Source of the DNA: the human T2T-CHM13v2.0 reference genome, Homo sapiens
DNA length: 64,000 nucleotides
NCBI RefSeq assembly: GCF_009914755.1
Contig: NC_060939.1
Reading direction: 5' to 3' (one strand)
In this document: positions 60,759-64,000 of the stretch, one piece after another
How positions within the stretch are numbered: the first letter of the stretch is position 1
Layout of the letters: each line of letters opens with the position of its first letter
Position numbers and translations under genes: made by a program
The notes under the pieces: generated by a model
What the model was told of the DNA's origin: nothing
Databases searched by the model: none
Seen by the model: only the letters and a program-made list of their open reading frames with translations

Positions 60759-61756
60759 AGGAGGAGGTGTTTTTGAGCAACAGTAACCATTGTGAGCGAC
60801 AGAGGAGTAGGCAGAGAAAGAAGCAGCCTGAGCATGCTAGGCCGGGATTCTGGGAGGCTCTGAGTGATACCCCATACCCACAGACTGCAGAGGTGTTGTG
60901 AGCTGGGTCTGATGGAGAACTCACTCAAGCATGCCCACCCTGGGCATCACCCTCAGCACTCCCATCAGTGGCTCATTCACCCGGAGAGAGTGTTCCTGGT
61001 CCCTCTACCCTCCCTCTTGCTGGACACCTGGTGAGGCCTTAAGGACTGGCTGCTAGCCCTGGTTTGCTATCGGGTTAGGGCCACTCAGCCACCACCATCC
61101 AGTCCTTGAACTAAAGAACACACTGACTTACTCGCCTCTGGGCTCCAGAGCCCTGCCCAGGCCTGGTCCAAGACAGATGTTGGTAAATGCTTTTTGGGCA
61201 ATGGAATAGAGAACCCCTGGCTGGACAGCAAGAGAATCAGAAAGAACCTTAGAAAGTATCTAGACTGATCCTCTCATTTTACAAAGGGTGGCAATGAGGT
61301 GGCCCAGGGATGGGCAGGAATGGGCCTGCCCAAAGCTTCCTGACATGGCAATCTCATGCCACCTTGCATCCAGCCAAGGAAATACTGGACACTACAGAGG
61401 CCTGTATGCTCAGTCAACCTGGCACCATCGGGTCCCCCAGAGACTCATAGAGTATCCAGGGCAGTGGGTATGCCCCTCTCCCTTACCCATCCCACTCTGT
61501 TCCAGGCACGCCATCCCTCCTTGTTCCTGACTCTTGACTACGTCCTTGTTTATCCTCTCACCTCTGGTTCGGTCTCCCAACTCATCATTTCTCTCTCTCA
61601 CTCCCTCTCTCACTCACCTTCTCGCTCTCACTCTCTCGCTCTCCTCAGATTTACCAGGCTGGCTATTTCTACTTCTGACACTTTGCCCTAGTTGGGGCCT
61701 AGAGACCCAGCCCCCAGCCCCAGCTCCTACCCACTGGCCAGTGCCCAGAAGGATCA

Positions 61757-62250
61757 TGGCAGGACCCAGACACACATGTTCACGTGGCCAGTAGATCCCA
61801 GTTACAGGCAGTAGAACGTGGGTGAGTAGCAACAGTGTACGGCTCCATGACAAGCACAGGTAGCCTAGCTGTGTAGCAATGGGTCACTCTTCCATAGCAA
61901 CCAAACAAAATTACATAGCAATGGATGAACTCAAGCGACCATGAGGCACAGTGACAAGCAATCGAACGTGGCCGCGGAGCAGTGGAGTGTCGTTGCATAA
62001 CAATAGACCCAGCCGTAGAAGCATGTCACACAGCCCTGCACCGCAGGAGGGTGCAATCACGGGAATGAGTACGGAGCACAGTGTGGAAGACGTGGGCAGA
62101 CATACAGAGTAGTAGCACTGGGACACAACTGAGTAGCAATGGCACGGTCACAGTGTGTGTGGCTCCTGGACATGCGGCCAGGGAGCGGTGGCCGGCAGCA
62201 GGTCCCAGGGCTGGAGCAGCAGGCGCCAGCGACATGGCAGTGGTTGAGTT
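61757..62250. repeat. Degenerate 21-bp-period array, approximate consensus AGCAATRGAACRYRGCTRCAT
   Basis: Cores at 61806/61827, 61874/61895/61916, 61956/61977/61998/62019, 62113/62134 and 62214/62235, each set in exact 21-nt steps. Confidence 0.75.
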
Positions 62251-63544
62251 GTAGTCAAATGAAGAACCACCTCCCTCACGCTGGGCCGTTGTCTCCGGCT
62301 GAGCCTCTTGGCCTCCCCTGATTTCAGGAGTGTGTTTGTCTATATCCAGTCTCATCATGCATTCCCCGGAGCCCAAAAAACAATTTTATCTCTGATTCCC
62401 TTCAGATCCGACTTCAGCTTAATAGGAAATTGAACATTTTCTGGAGAGAAAAGCGCTCTGGGAATAGATGAGAGTGGAGAAGAGGAGGTCTATGCCTCTC
62501 TGTGCAATGCTGCCTGCTGCCCCTGGCCCTGCCTGTCCCATCCCCATGGCTCACTAAGCCCACTGTGGCTCCCTGTCCCTGGATGTGCCCTTGATCTACC
62601 TCATTCCCAGACTGCAACCCAACCATTTCTTCTCACCTTGGAACACTTCGTTTTGATGCGGGCCTTTCAAGTTCCATTTGGTCAACATGGTACAAAACTC
62701 TGGTCCTGGGTGGGCCCATCAAGGTCAAGGTCCCATGGGTATGGTCTTGGGTCAAGTGTAGGGCCTCAGGCAGAGGTAGAGGAAGCCTTATCTCCCGTCT
62801 GAGTAGCTCAGGAAGCCATTGGGAAGAGGTGAGCCTTTAAGTGAGTGTGAAGAGTGAGGTGTTAAGGTTCATCCTGAACATGGCAACTCCCCAAATAGTC
62901 AACAGCCTGCAAGCATCTGCCCTCCACTCTCTGGGCACCCTGAGCCCATCTCACACGGAGCCAGGCCATGCCTCCTGACGCCAGGAGGGGAGCAGGTAAG
63001 GCGAGGGGGCTCTATGCCACCTCTAGATGGACCGACTTCCTCCACAAAGGGCTTCTGAAACACCTGCCATGTGCCTGGACTCCCCATTCCTCCAGCCTGT
63101 CAGAAAACCAGAACTCTCCACCCTGCCATGTGCCCAGCCCTGTGTCCAGCTGGGGCAGGGACATGGGGACAAAGAGGCCAAGGACCTCAGCTCTGAGAAT
63201 TCCCCAGTGGACAGGAGCAAGCCATACCCGGGGAGACGATTAGTGGCACAGAGTAGGCACACAGTAAATATTTGGTGGGGGATGAACAGGCAAAGGAGGG
63301 GCATGGTTGGGACAATGTAGCTTTTTAACTGCCACACTTACCCAGCACTCCTGGACACACCTAGTGAGCCCTTAGTGAATGAGAGAGAGCTGGGGAGGTG
63401 GTGGATAGGGGGAGAGGCAGGCAAGGAAGTCTTCCTGGAGGAGGCAGACTATGCTTTGGATAAAGAAAGGCAGATGTGCTCATTTACTATGGAAGAATTG
63501 TGTATTCAGTGTTGTTTCCAGCACAGAAATTCAAGCACAGGGTT

Positions 63545-63690
63545 GCTTCCCTCCTCTTCCTGTCTCTCTCCCTGTCTCTCCTGCTCTCTCTCGCTCTCTC
63601 TCTTTTTCTCCCTCCCCCCTCTCTCTCTCCACCTCTCTCTCCTTCTCTCTCTCTCTGCCTCCTCTGTTTCCCTCCCTCTTCTGCCTTGCT
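63545..63690. repeat. (CT)-rich polypyrimidine tract
   Basis: Directly visible. Confidence 0.95.
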
Positions 63691-64000
63691 CAGAGGAGAT
63701 TTGTGGCAGACCAGAGGGCCCTCATACCAGGAGATGAATAATTGACAAGGGTTGTTAAAAGATTCAGTGGAGTTTTTCCAACCTCCTTACACTGGAATAA
63801 CTCATTTCTTTCATTCTGTTTTTGAAAGCCTTTCCCCCTCCCTCCACCTGTCTCCTCCACATCCCCGCCCCCTCTGAGCATACCGCTTTTGTTTCTCTTC
63901 CTTTCTTGAGTCTGCTGGACCCTAGAATGATTCGGCCTTAATCCCTCGGTTTCTCTAAATCCCCTTCCCCAGCTGTCCCCACCCCACTTGCCGTGCTCCG

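Noticed and set aside
61757-62250. CRISPR-like reading of the core-plus-spacer array, or YadA-head-like reading (VAMGHSS IATKQNY IAMDE)
   Set aside because: The core is only ~7 nt, the spacers are related to each other, there are no cas genes, the context is a primate intron and the frame is interrupted

Overview
Primate, almost certainly human, genomic DNA: GC-rich, CpG-depleted and Alu-dense. It contains ten consecutive internal coding exons of one + strand gene. All have canonical AG/GT boundaries and matching phases, and they splice into a 1266-nt (422-codon) open frame from NTEDPEEPL to EMSHDT with two C2-like domains. I recognise the peptide from memory as CCDC33 (15q24.1, between STRA6/ISLR/ISLR2 and CYP11A1); its first exon(s) and coiled-coil 3' exons lie outside the window. 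The introns hold about 20 Alus plus L1, L2, MIR, CR1, MaLR and ERV1 LTR fragments. The rest of the six-frame ORF track is noise. I find no CRISPR array, structural RNA gene or prokaryote-type system. The most notable unexplained structures are: (1) a degenerate 21-bp-period array (AGCAAT core, variable spacers) at about 61760-62250; (2) an intronic CpG-rich promoter with a canonical RFX X-box at about 7210-7640; (3) a near-perfect REST RE1 site beside a homeodomain/SOX cluster at about 53080-53420; (4) tandem repeats that build STAT and NR5A1 site arrays; (5) a fossil RTE-clade reverse transcriptase; (6) a template-switch hairpin; (7) an inverted-Alu bracket suited to circRNA formation. Repeat family names are by eye and recall, and their boundaries are approximate.
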